DNA of 64,000 nt from Eremomyces bilateralis CBS 781.70 (taxonomy: Eukaryota). Made by a program: the position numbers and the translations under genes. Shown one piece after another: positions 20,841 to 33,081 of this stretch. Under the pieces are notes generated by a model. The model was not told where the DNA came from. It worked only from the letters and a program-made list of their open reading frames with translations, and ran no database searches. The DNA lies in the NCBI GenBank assembly GCA_010015585.1, contig ML975169.1, one strand, 5' to 3'. Numbering within the stretch: position 1 is the first letter of the stretch; each line of letters begins with the position of its first letter.

Positions 20841-23537
20841 ATGAGACCCTCCCCAAATTCCGCGACGGTGTCAATCTCTCCTTGGTTTCGTTTAGAATCT
20901 CATATGCGAGTCCCATGATTTTACATGTTTCGTTCAGTTGGTTTGGCTATCAATGGCTTTCTTTGGCCTTTCCTCCCGGGTTAATCTTGTCTTTATTGCT
21001 ACGGCCGTATGCATTGTCTCGAATATCGGGCTTCGACTGAACAATGGCTTCGAAACCGAAATGTACTCCGAGTTCTTCTGCTGGACTCTATTATCGGTCT
21101 TGTGGCAGTCCAGAAGATTCGTGGAGATACCAGTCGCAGATTTTGATTTGCGACTATCTCCCGCGGAAGCAACGGCGCTGGCGACAGGTATCAGTGCCAG
21201 TTCCCTCTTCCGTGGTATTGAGGATGTTGGCTGGATAAGTGTATGAATCCTCTACAGAGTGAGACGTTGTTCTGACGCATTGCTTTCGTCGTAGCCACTT
21301 TTAACCCTTTCGTTAATGGGTTACCGTCTGTTTCTGAACGACTCTGGCCTCCCCTCATGGACCAATGTATCGACTTCATGGCTTTCTTCTCTTAGAAACA
21401 TATCGAACTTGTTCCGGTCATTCTGGACTGCGACTCCGATTGCCATCGTCTCCTCCTTCAGCTTGTTGCGCGATCCCTCAGGTCCCAAGCTTATCCTGTC
21501 TATGTCCTTTCTTGCATCCCAGCTTGCAATATACATACCCATCACGAGGTCCATAGACGCCCTAAAAAAAAACTCAGGGAAGGAACGGCTATCAGGTGGC
21601 ATTAGACATGTAGGATTGCGTGTACTGTTGATTGCGCCTGTGCTTGCACTTTCAGTCGTTATTGGGTCAAGAGGTGCAATAGAGTTGGACCGGCCTGTCG
21701 TTGATATAGTTGAGGCCAGTGTTCTAAAAGTTTTGTCGTGGGCTTCTCTGCTCTACATTGTACGTCTGCGGTTTGACTTTTGTCCATGATTCGTCTGAGT
21801 ACTGAAGCTTTCCAGGTAAATAAGGAGGTCTTGGTCGAGGCCGCTACAATAATTTCCACTGTTTCCTTTTGCGCTGCTTACTATCCTCTTTTTAATGGAA
21901 TTCAAGCGTTGTATCCTGTAGTTCCGGCAGTACTGGCGCTTTATCAAATTGTTCATTTCGCGACAAAGTCATTTAACGCGCGGCATGCGGTTTTCATATT
22001 CGTTCTCTTACTTTGTCTAGGCGCTACTCCATATATCACGCATGTCCTAAAATCCCCTTTGCAAGTCAGCGAGCATCCGATCGAGATTCTCATCCAAAAG
22101 TTCACAGAAGACTTCAGCTCAGTCTTAACGCGCCAGTCTTCTACCGTGGAGGAGGCTCGTCAGAATTACCGAGCTCGATATGGAAGATCTCCCCCGGAAG
22201 GGTTTGATGGGTGGGTCACATTTGCCCTCGAACGCCTCTCACCCCTAATTGACGACTTCGACTCGATTGATGAGTCTCTTCGACCATATTGGAAGTTCAG
22301 TGGGGCTCAATTGAGGACCAATCTTCAGGACGCGTTAACCAATCCGGATTCCAGACTCATGACCTTCTCTTTCAAAGAAGGCTTGACTGGTCTCGGCAAC
22401 AGTGGATGGATTGGAAATGAACTCGATTCCATGCTAAGAGGTGCCGGGCTTCCCGATTTACAAATGACAATCAATCAACTCGATGAGCCCCGAGTGTTGC
22501 TTTCTCGTGAGCCTGAGGTCGAACACGACGTTCAATTCTTTGACTCCAGTCGAACATCGAACTGGGACCTCATGGTTGAGTCATGCGAAGGGGTATATTC
22601 ACCATCTCATCCTCGAACCCCACTTGACACATTTGGGTTGCCATTTGTCCAGCATGCAGATCACGAGACGGATCTCTGTCGGCATCCCGAATTCAAGTCT
22701 CTCCATGGATTCCTTGATTCACCAGAGACTTTCATATATACAAACTCGGCTGTCCCGGTGTTCTCCCAAGCGAAGCCTTCTACCTTTTCTGATATACTCT
22801 ATCCGAGTCCATTCTACAGTGCTTTATATAGCCAGGGACATTACAATGAAAACGATGATCCTCCCTGGTCAGACAAAAAAAATCGACTGTACTGGGCAGG
22901 CTCCACTACCGGCAGCCACCAAGCTAGTACATGGAAATCCCATCATCGACAGCGGTTCATCGCATTGGTTAATAGCCTTGATAACTCCACACATACGTTC
23001 CTAATCGAGAGCAAACCTGGGAATTGGGTCCCGACAATGTCCCATGAGATCTTCTCTCAACTCTATGACGCCAAATTCACCGACGTCATCCAATGCGAAG
23101 GGGCAACTTGTGATGAAGAGAAGGGGTTTTTCCACCTAGAAGAGCGTGAAGGATATGGTACAGCCTTCAAAAATCATTTTCTCTTTGACCTGGACGGGAA
23201 CTCGTTCTCTGGACGGTACTATACACTGTTGCGGTCCCGGTCAGCTGTACTCAAACAAACCATCTTCCGGGAGTGGCATGATGACCGGCTTGTACCATGG
23301 GTACACTATATTCCAATAAGCCTCAGTCTACATGAGTTGCCTGAGGTAATGCGATATTTCGCTTTAACAGATGTCGGAATAGAAGCAGCAAGGAAGATTG
23401 CAGAGCAAGGCAGGGAGTGGCAGCACAAGGCCTTACGATTACAGGATATGAGTGTCTATTTATATCGGCTATTGTTAGAATACGCCAGACTGCTGGATAC
23501 GTTAAGACCAGCTGGAGAATATGATAAAATTGAGTAG
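20841..23537 (+). CDS. Glycosyltransferase family 90 (CAP10/Cxt1-like beta-1,2-xylosyltransferase) with N-terminal TM region; exons ~20841-20867 (uncertain), 20938-21240, 21295-21759, 21816-23537
   Basis: Motifs HPIEILI, YRARYGRSPPEGFDGW, NQLDEPRV, FSDILYPS, LYWAGSTTG, DLDGNSFSGRYYTLL and EWHDDRLVPWVHYIP. Intron phases are consistent. Confidence 0.9.
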
Positions 23538-23625
23538 CTGTTGAGATTTGAAGATCTGAAGTTCATCAGATTCAGCTAGACCGGTAGTGAGAGCTTTCCC
23601 ACGCCCAATGCTATTTGGAATTCGA

Positions 23626-25470
23626 TCAATTCCCTTTCTTCAACGTCATATTCAAAGCCGGTATATCCAGCCCAATCGCCATCCCTTTCTCATCCAATTC
23701 AAAAACAAACTCATCCAAACTAACCCCATTATACACAAACTTATCCAGACTGTCCATCCACGTAATACAAGTCGGCGTGCCAGCATCAATTGGAGCGGCT
23801 ATATCTTGCAACACAGCTCTAAAGGCTTTTCTGCTACTTTGCGCCGTCTGATCCACGAGATTCGTCGCATACAACCTAAAGTCAAGAGTGTCTGATGGAA
23901 TGGAGTATAACTCAGCAAATGCAGCTCTGAGATCTTTGGAACCGCTGGTCCAATTCGTGAGTGAGAGTCCGGATAGTCCATCGATGGTAATGAGTAGCTT
24001 CGAATCGCCGAAGTTGTAGGTACCAGCGTAATTCAGAAAAGCTTGTTGGATGGCTGACTTTTCCAATGCTGGGAGCAGGTATGTCGAGATGAGGTCAGCA
24101 TGTGCGTTGAGATCAGCGGGGGCAGCCGTATCAGCCGATAAGATGGCAAAGCCCACACCCCAATCAGGTGCAAGACCAAAGTAAGATGAATAAAGGCCTT
24201 GAGCGCCAAACTGAGTGTAAATGGGTACAAGTGCGCCGGTGGATTTTCCAGTGAGGGTTGCCCGATAGATACTGAAAGGTGCTCCGATATCATCGGCGGC
24301 ATTCGAGGTCTGTGAGACGGGTTTTAGCCAGCGGTTTGTGGAAACTTGGCTGAGAAGCTCTGAGCGGAGAATTGCGCGGCCAGCTTTGGACAGATCGGTT
24401 ACTGTTGAGTACATAAAGTTTGCTGCTAAGGCTCTGTTTCCAGCATAAGACTTTAACCCGAATAATTCAAGCATATGGAAGACCTACGTGCTTTCATCGA
24501 TTCTTCCATCCGCCCAACCACTAACTGTTTCGTTGGTCGGAATAACAGCGTTCTTGGTATTGTTTGGTGCACCAAGTGTGCTCGAACGCATGTTGAGAGG
24601 TTGTAAAAAACTCTGGTCGAAGGTAGTGTTGAAAGGTTTTCTGTTGATGTTTTCTACTGCTAGAGCAAGAAGCTGGAAGGCTGCATTTGAATAGGTTGGG
24701 GTGCTTGATGGGAGATTGACGGGTCTTCGTTTTGCCATGAGCTTGAGGAAATCTCGGTGATTTTTGGAAAATGTAGAAATGAGTTGTTGGTTTTTGGTGG
24801 GCAAGATCGAGGCAAGAGCTTTCGGGACCGACTTGTTCGAAAGACTATCGAGGGTCGCTGTGGTGATTGTTAGTACGCGGGAAACATTCTCTGGGGTGCG
24901 CAGAATCTTACCATCTCTTCCTATGCCAGCCATATTACTCGCTAGATCAATGAGTCGTACATCTTCCCACTTCACACTCTCCACAGGCTGGCTTCCTTCG
25001 GATGCAGCAAGTTCGGGGACATGTTTGGTTATCGGATCAAGCCAATGAGTGTCTCCAGCGGCGACAAGGAATGCATAGACAGTAAAGACTGAGGTAATGC
25101 GGGCGACATTGTAGACACTATCAGCGTTCACCTCTCGTACGCCAATTGGGCCGGCAGTTGAGTTGGAAGCAGTGTGATGATATTGATAAAAGAAAGGAGA
25201 AGAGGCGTTTGATAAAGGGTCCGAGGAGAACAGGGCTACGCTGAATGATGTGGTATTTGTCGTTGCTGTGAAGTCGTGGCTGTCGCCAGTGGACAACGCG
25301 TCAAGCGCAGCTGTGAGATTCATAAGAGCAGCCTGTAGAGGTTTAGATGTAGGTAAACCGGTTGGTAGAGGGAATCTGGGACCAAGTAAGGGACATGGCT
25401 GATATGAATCCAGAGACCGGACTGACGGTACGGCAGAGAAAAGAAAGACCAAGGGAGTGAGGAAATGCAT
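23626..25470 (-). CDS. Secreted serine beta-lactamase/transpeptidase-fold protein (alkaline D-peptidase-like), spliced; catalytic motifs degenerate
   Basis: Signal peptide, CPLLGPRFP, DPITKHVPEL, LASNMAGIGRD, PTYSNAAFQLL and MYSTVTDLSKAGRAIL. Confidence 0.85.
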
Positions 25471-25771
25471 ATTGGAAGTAACAAGTGAGGCAGAAGAGTG
25501 GAAGTGAAGTATACAAATGACGGTGGATATTTATTATATTTATACTAGCTTGAATCATCGTTCTTTTATTTTACCTTGACTTTGCACTGAATGGACTGAA
25601 TTGATCTACCCCAGGAGGCCCGACTTGATCCCTGCATGTGAAGACCGAGATAGCGCCTTGGCATCAATCAGGGGTTATCACTCATCAGGAAGCATCCGAT
25701 CTGCAGGGAAAGCAATTGGAAAATGTGGCGTTGGAATTTGTCAAGGCTGACGTTGTTGTCTCCATTACACT

Positions 25772-27510
25772 CTACCCCAATATGTATCCTGTCGGGCCAA
25801 ATTCGATCCGCTTTTGCCAGTGTTCCCACACTTTCGGATCCAAAGAATGACGTGCGTCTACCGATAAGGCTTTGAAGTGCGCTGACGAGGGAAGCAACGC
25901 GTCCACAACAGCAGCAGGCTGAAGACGACGGATGATTTTCATCGTTGTACTGCCATATGCTGAAGACGGCCACAGCCTTCCGTCGTTCTCTCCATTGTCG
26001 TCCATGGCAAAGCATAAACTGACCATTGATTTCTCAGAGGGAATCTGATCGGGAGTTGATTCTTCAATTTCCATGCATCGTTCAGCTAATGCAGCGGACA
26101 TGGCACCATTCCACGGACCTTCGATTCCTGCCTGGCGAAGGCAGTTGATCGCTCTTCGCCTCCATGCCGAGTTCCGATGTTTGAGTGCAGCAAGATATAG
26201 CGGAGGGATGATCCCTAGTTGAGGCACGAACCTGATTTCCTGACGTCCACGAGTGCTACGGCTCTCAAGATTACTTGAGGCCAGCAGCTCCTCCGCAGAA
26301 GTGATGATATGCTCGAATTTCATGCTCTCCAAGGTCCATGCCTCCTCGTATAAACAGAAAAGGTTTGCGAGAAGAGCGGAGAGAGCTAGACAAAAGCTCC
26401 TTAGGATTCTCCGACTTGTGTATCGTGGGAGTGATGCTTTATCAAGTAACAAAGAGTCGAGGAGGGAATTTCCCTGCTGCAACATGTTGAGCAGGCGATT
26501 TTTATCTTGAACCAACTTTCCTGCGGAAGTACCAGCTGCATTACGAGCAGTTTCCGCAACGAAAGCATACGAAGCGTGAATGACATGTATGATATCTCCC
26601 TCGGCCAACAAATCGACATCCTGCGCTAATATGTACCGTTCGAGAGCATCTAATGGGCATACTTCCATTGATGCCAACCGAGTGCCGTTTGTGTATGAGA
26701 GTATCTGAATGTCAATGACGTGAAGTAGAAGATGGAAATCTGAAGCGATTTCAGGGTGTAACTTCATCGCATCGGGGTAGGGGTTGGTATCTGTTGACGG
26801 CGAGGATAAGAAGTGGCACTCTGTGTAAACCATCTGAAACACTGCGTTGATATGCTTCAGAGCATTCTGCCTTCGACGAAATAGCAGTTCAACGGAGCAC
26901 AGTACCAGACAAGTGGTAAAAACCGATGGGAGGCGTGTAGCAAGATCCTCCACATCATTTCGTAGCAGCGACACAGCCGACCCGTAGTACTGGGAGTATA
27001 TGTCTTCGAGATGAGACAGTACGTCATGCGACAGGACTTGCAGCTCTTTTGCCGCGCCATACACTATGCAGGCAGCTTTTGCGCCAGGAGAAGCGTTGGC
27101 ATAACGTTCAAGTACATGCTTCCATGCTTTTTGACCAACAGGACAAAAAGCGTCATCAAACTCCAGAAGACTGTTCAATCCGATATGAGATAGTAAGGCT
27201 GGATCAAGATGGGCTTTGAACGCTGTTGAATTATTTGGGTCTTGGGATGAAGCAGCCAAAACAGCGCCAGAAGTATTGATGTTGTTATCGCCTGGCAGCA
27301 TGCCCTTTGGTGAATAGCCTCCGCATTGTATCCGGGATTGAAAGCACCGAAGGCATTGTGGTTTAATTTCGTCGCATTTGACTTTGCGGGATCTACTCTA
27401 ATCCATAAGTATGCAAGTCTGTAGTCATTAATAGATTAGACTCACTTGCACGTAACACAGCCACCACTTGACTGGCCTTTGGTCAGGACTCGAGTGCGCG
27501 CTTTCATCAT
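25772..27510 (-). CDS. Zn(II)2Cys6 transcription factor
   Basis: The spliced N-terminus GCVTCK/SRKVKCDEIKPQCLRCFQSRIQCGGY joins the 509-aa ORF. The C-terminus has IIPPLYLAALKHRNSAWRRRAINCL. Confidence 0.88.
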
Positions 27511-28299
27511 AACCAATTCGATGTGGAGTCCTTCATGCAACCAGCTCGGACTTTAGCTCACAAGAAGTCGTTGTATAAAGCCGAGTGCGCCGCGAACATC
27601 CGGTTCGAAGCGGAGCAGGAGTAAAATTTGACGCCAAGGTCTAACACCGAGATAGCTTCAATGCCCCTTTAACCCATTAGTCGCTCAATAAAGGAGGTTT
27701 GACGCTCCGCGTTAATGATAGGATCCGTGGATTCGTTGGCTGTAGACGCGGGCTCAAGATGTGAAGTTGGTTATATGGATAATGGTGAGAAATGGAGCCT
27801 TGACGAATTGCTCGATACCATATCCATACATATCGGACATGACAGGGATGTCAGCGATTATGGTTTCTTACGATATATCTCTCACTCGGCAAGTCAGTTT
27901 GAGCAGAGAGAGGTCACAAAATTACATCTAGAGACCATAAAAGCCGATCATTTTTTATTGTACATCCACACTCCATTTGATTGCGTGCCACCTTCCTCCG
28001 AGTTGTGCTGTGGAATTCACATCCGGCGTATTCTTCATAGCACCTAAATCTGCCTCGCCATCACCAAGTGAACAACGCCAAGGACAATGCTAATTAGACG
28101 AATGGCGGTACCATTCAAAGGTTCCTCACACCTGGAGACGGTAACCATATCGATCCATATCCCATACTCAGCACACTTCCCTTCAAACTGTACCGTCCCG
28201 CTCACGCTGGCGAAAGAGGTCCTTCCCACGCCGACAAAACAAGCCCCTTCCAAAACGCCTCTTCATGAGCTTCCATATTTATGAGGTGCATAATCTGGC

Positions 28300-29975
28300 T
28301 CACGCCTCTTCTATAGTGACTTCGACCGTCTTTTCAATATACACGTGCATGTCTGGTGAGTTCGAATCCGATAACCTTGACAATCTTGGTGTGGTCGAGC
28401 GTGCCTGAGAAGGCTGTGTGATGCCCGAATTAGTATCACATGCCGTATGGTTCTCCGCGCCACCAGTAATGACAGTTGTCCGAGCGGGGACATTATGCGG
28501 AAGGGCATTTGCATGATGGCCGGACGAAGAAGCTCCTAGATCGGTGGATAACCCCGTCACAAAGGAAACCCTCCTAGAGTCATGACACTGTGTTGTGAAC
28601 ATCTGCTGGTGATTCACAGACGAAGTAGGCGGAAGGAAATCTGCATTATGACTGGACGGAGAAGCGGCGAGATCGGCGGATGACCCCGTCACAAATGAAA
28701 CCCCCCTGGAGTCGGGATTGTGCGTCGTGGGTATCGCCTGGTGGTTCACGGACGAAGAACCAACATCTGATGACGACTCCCGGCCGTCGATGGAGGAGTG
28801 GGAATGATTGGAGAGGGGTATAAGAGGGACGTCAGGTGTGCGAGGAGTTGGTGGGAGGGTCGCCACTCCTGAACCCGATGACGGTTTGGATCGCGAGGCT
28901 GAATTCGTATCTCGGCGCCACGGACGGCTGTCGAATCGAACTAGGTGCCGTGTCCACCCATACAGGATCGCATCTACCCAGCCAATTGATGTAAGGCAAC
29001 AGCCGGCGAATATATATAATCCAGTAGGCGCTGTGGATCCTGACATAGCAACCATGCGGACGACAGCCACAGGAATCGTGAGACCACAGTAAAAGACTGG
29101 ATAAAGAGCCATGTTCCGTGCGATTCGGCTAGCGAGATCGGTGGTATGAAGGAAGTTGTTCCTATCGTTGGACACCCGGAATAGTCGGATGAGGACAATG
29201 CTATAGACGAGGATGAGGCCGAATTGGAAGATGAATACCCAGAGATAATGAAGGGTCAGTCTACTGGTGTCATATCGATCGGAAATCCAACACTAATTCC
29301 TGGTCAGCGTAGCTCTAAAGGTGACAAGCAAATGTAACATACCCAAGCCCCAGCCCGTGCAAAAAAGGAATGCTCATGAGTCACAGGCCCAATCACGGTC
29401 AGAATGATCGACACTATCCAAGTGAAGGCAATTCCAACCACAAACCACCGACCGGAAAGGGTTCTTGCCCTCCCCATCACCGGAAGGCAATACAAGGTGT
29501 GAAGGGCAATGGCCACTGAGAACCCTCCTGACGAAATATCCCCGAGCTGGATAAAGACGGCTTGGAAAACACATGTTCGACTGGGAGAGAGAACAGCGCC
29601 AATCCTAAGCCAATGCCACGAGACGGCAAAAGCGGCTCCTTGGAAAAAGTCTGCGAGCAGAAGATTCAGCACGAGGGAGGCCGACTGACTGTAACCGGCC
29701 AACGTACCGACCCTGTAAAAGTGGTGGAGCATTCCCTTGCACATGTAGGCAATGAGAAGGAAAGTGGCCACAAGTGACAGGGTTCCAAAGACTGAGAGAG
29801 CAATAACCCCACGTGCGATAATGTTGTCCTGGCTTAAGAACAGTGTTTGATCGGCCATCGACACATTGGACACGATGCCAGCAACGGCCGGTAATGCGGC
29901 AATCCCATAGTCAAGGTTGAACGCGGATTCAATATCGGGGTGAAATTCCGGCGGTATCATGGCTCTAGTGTTCAT
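28300..29975 (-). CDS. 7-TM G-protein-coupled receptor (Git3/cAMP-receptor-like), one intron ~29293-29342
   Basis: Seven hydrophobic segments, with LVLNLLLADFFQ, CVFQAVFIQLGD, FARAGAW/CWISDRY, MALYPVFY and GWVDAILYGWTR. Confidence 0.85.
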
Positions 29976-32900
29976 GAGGTCGTCTGGGTCTCGTAGACAG
30001 CCACGATCGAATGTTTTAGAAGGTTTGACGTGAGAGGTTGTTTGCGAAGTTGGTAGGGATCAGACAAGCGTGATGAGGAGGATAAACGATAAGCATGAGT
30101 ATATGGTGCCGGTAAACTAGGCGCAAGTATACGATGTACGAAAACGAAATGTGAGCAGAGGATGTAGGTAAACGAATCGTCAGTGTAGGGTAGGTAAACG
30201 AATCGTGAGTGTAGGATGTAGGTAAACAAAGGGTAAGAGTGAATTTCGACGTCGCGTGTGATCTATATCAATTACAGTCCCCGCTATCATCGCGATTCCA
30301 AATGAGGATTCCATGGAAAAGCGATTATGCCCAAGGGCGCCTTCACACGAAATCCTCCACTTTGTCTAAGGAGGTCAAGCTTCTTCACCAGGCTGATCGA
30401 GGAATCAGTGACTCAGAAGGATCAGAATGCGAATGTGAAGGATATTCAGGTCGTCAAGGAGAATGAATTCGACATGGTGAATCGCCAAGGTAACAAGAGA
30501 GCTAAAGCTGTGCAACCAAGTGAATGGTTAATCTTCAATCTAGTAGAATTTTCAGCACATGGCTCAGGACAATCGCATGTAAAACGCCGAGAACACATGA
30601 AGGCCAACAAAGGATTAAGAATGATGAACTTCATGGAACAAGATAATCAAAGCATGAGAAGAACGAGGGCCACTCGGCTGTCAGAGCGACAAGGTGCAGT
30701 CCATTTGCCCATGGACGTTCATGTTTTGGCATTGGATTAAGGCTAGCTTGCGCCACCGTCGACGTGGTCTGGAACTTGCATATGTTTACTAGGTGGAAAA
30801 GAATATTGGTCTGGGATGGAACGTGGGGAATTTGGTGTTTGAATCGCGTGGTTGAGGAGCAGGGCTTCTGAATCGTCATGTCCAGTATCCGAGCCAGCAT
30901 CACCATTTTTCTGGGGGTAACAGATGGCACATGTTCAATATTTCCCGGACGGAAAATGCCAATCAGCACCAATGGCTGGGGACATGAGAGCTGATGACCA
31001 AACCAAAATGGCATTGTTCCTGAACGAAGATGTTTGCCTTCGGTAAAGGGGACAGAAGGATAGTGACAGATGGATATGCCTCAGGGATGCATTGTGTGCT
31101 GGAAGTTACTCCGTACATACGGAACTTTGTCAGATCCGGGCATTTAGATATTAGCATCTGGATGTCAACATCTAGATGAGGTCTGGCTAGCATTTGGAAG
31201 CGTCGGGAGTCGGTTCGGATGGAAGCGAACCGTCAAACGTGGTGCGAATCTGATGAGAAAGTCAGAAAACATTGTGGACAAGATCTGGAAGCAGAGCAGG
31301 ATGTCACCAAATCTTCCCTTTCCCCGCAAGCGCGTCGCGCCGGCACGCCACTGGACTTAACCCTGGCAGCCTGACTCCGGTACTGTGGAGATTTGGACGG
31401 GGCGACGGGCTCATCCGCTTCTCTGGAGACTAACATCCCGAGTCAGCTTGTACATGCAGACGGCTGCGGACGAAATATTTCCGTTTTCTGTACCATCGAT
31501 TTTTAGTACTGCGCCATCGAACTTTGGTGAAATGTTAAGTGTACGGGAGCGAATCCAAGCAGCTGTCAAACCTCCCGAGGAAAAGTGGAATCGCTGCATC
31601 TGAGGGAGGAATGCGGAGCATAGATTCATCGAGCCGGGACAGATACTTAGCATGTCGGGCAGCCCATCATCCCTTCGAATACTCTGGTATTCATCGATTA
31701 AGTCTGGCAAAGAAGGATTTCCCTGACTCGTAATCCATAGAGCTGGAAAAAGCGGCCAGACAACCCCCTGAAATCATGATTCCTCCGATCTAATAGATTG
31801 CACCAGACTCGTGGGGTGTCTATCGTAAAGTGAAGCCGGGCTGACTGCTGGACTCGGTGACATACAGAGTACAGAATGCATCCTTTCAACGGTAATAGCT
31901 TGGCTCAACAACTACGCGGGGTCCGCGAAGAACACATGTCCACATTGATATCGTATACATCGTAAATCATGGCTAGAGGCTAGAGTACCCTGTACCAGGG
32001 AGATGGAAGGACATATTCACCCGTCGATACACCACCCACAATGAACAGCTTCGCCCAGAAAGCGAGGATGTTATCTACCAGTAGTAAAACATACACAAGT
32101 GGGTAGATCGGGACTTCGGTGGATAAGGAGCTGGCCATACCTCACCCTCGATGTTATGTAACCTCCAAGGAGGCCAATGAATAGCAGCATCCAATGTAAA
32201 TCAACATCGGGGGCTGGAAAATATTGCATAATAGTATTGTGTGGAAGAGAATTGATCATAGCTAACAAGAACTTTCATCTTTTCTGCGCCATACGCTTGT
32301 AACATTTTAGCTCAGCGCACATACGAGGTTACGAGATTAGTACAGAACAAAGGCTTGATTCGCATTTGACCCTGAGAGAGTCCAAATTGAAGACCAATCC
32401 CCCGCAAAGGGGAAAGCATAATGGTAGGCAAGATTTGTTGAAGGGTGCAAATGGAAGGGAAATCAAAGGTACCAAGGCACAAGGTAATCTGACGGTAATT
32501 ATATGATGACCACTGGTCCTACTCCTCCCCCACCCCCTCGCCCTGTCATCGTTAAATGATGTGTCTGCGATCCTTATCTTCTCACCTTATCGCCTTGTCG
32601 CCTGAGGACTGAGGCAGAGACAGGCTGGCAGACCCAGGCTGGGTGGCTGGCAGACCGCAGGCCGCAGGGGCCAGGCCGCCAGGGCATCATGATAGCGCAC
32701 GGACATCAGCTTCTCCACTGAACGAGGAGTTCCTACAGTTCGACCAGCTGCATCGATCGTCATCAAAACATCAAACCTCACCTTGACTTCCTCCCTCCAT
32801 TTTTCTGTTTCATTTGGCTTGACTTGGTTCTCACGCTAAGGAGGCCCTCCTGTCTTCGGGCGTCTAAGTTAGCCTTTGTGACTCCCTCTTCTTTATAGAT

Positions 32901-33081
32901 TGGTCGAACTTCTCTTATGGATGAATGATCTCCCACCACTTCCCCGCTCTGCCGTATATAACCTCCCAAACCGAAAGACTTCGAACAGTCCAAGCATTCC
33001 GTTCTTTTGATGGTTTATGGAATACCAGATGATATGGGTTATAGTACCCTTGATGATGATCCTTGAATCGGTGTCTCCCCT

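Noticed and set aside
30159..30228. Three GTAGGTAAAC(GAATCGT) repeats upstream of the GPCR
   Set aside because: A short local tandem duplication with no supportable function.
30300..32300. Possible eroded gene or pseudogene in gene-poor DNA
   Set aside because: Fragments look vaguely coding on both strands, but I could not find a recognisable motif or consistent frame.
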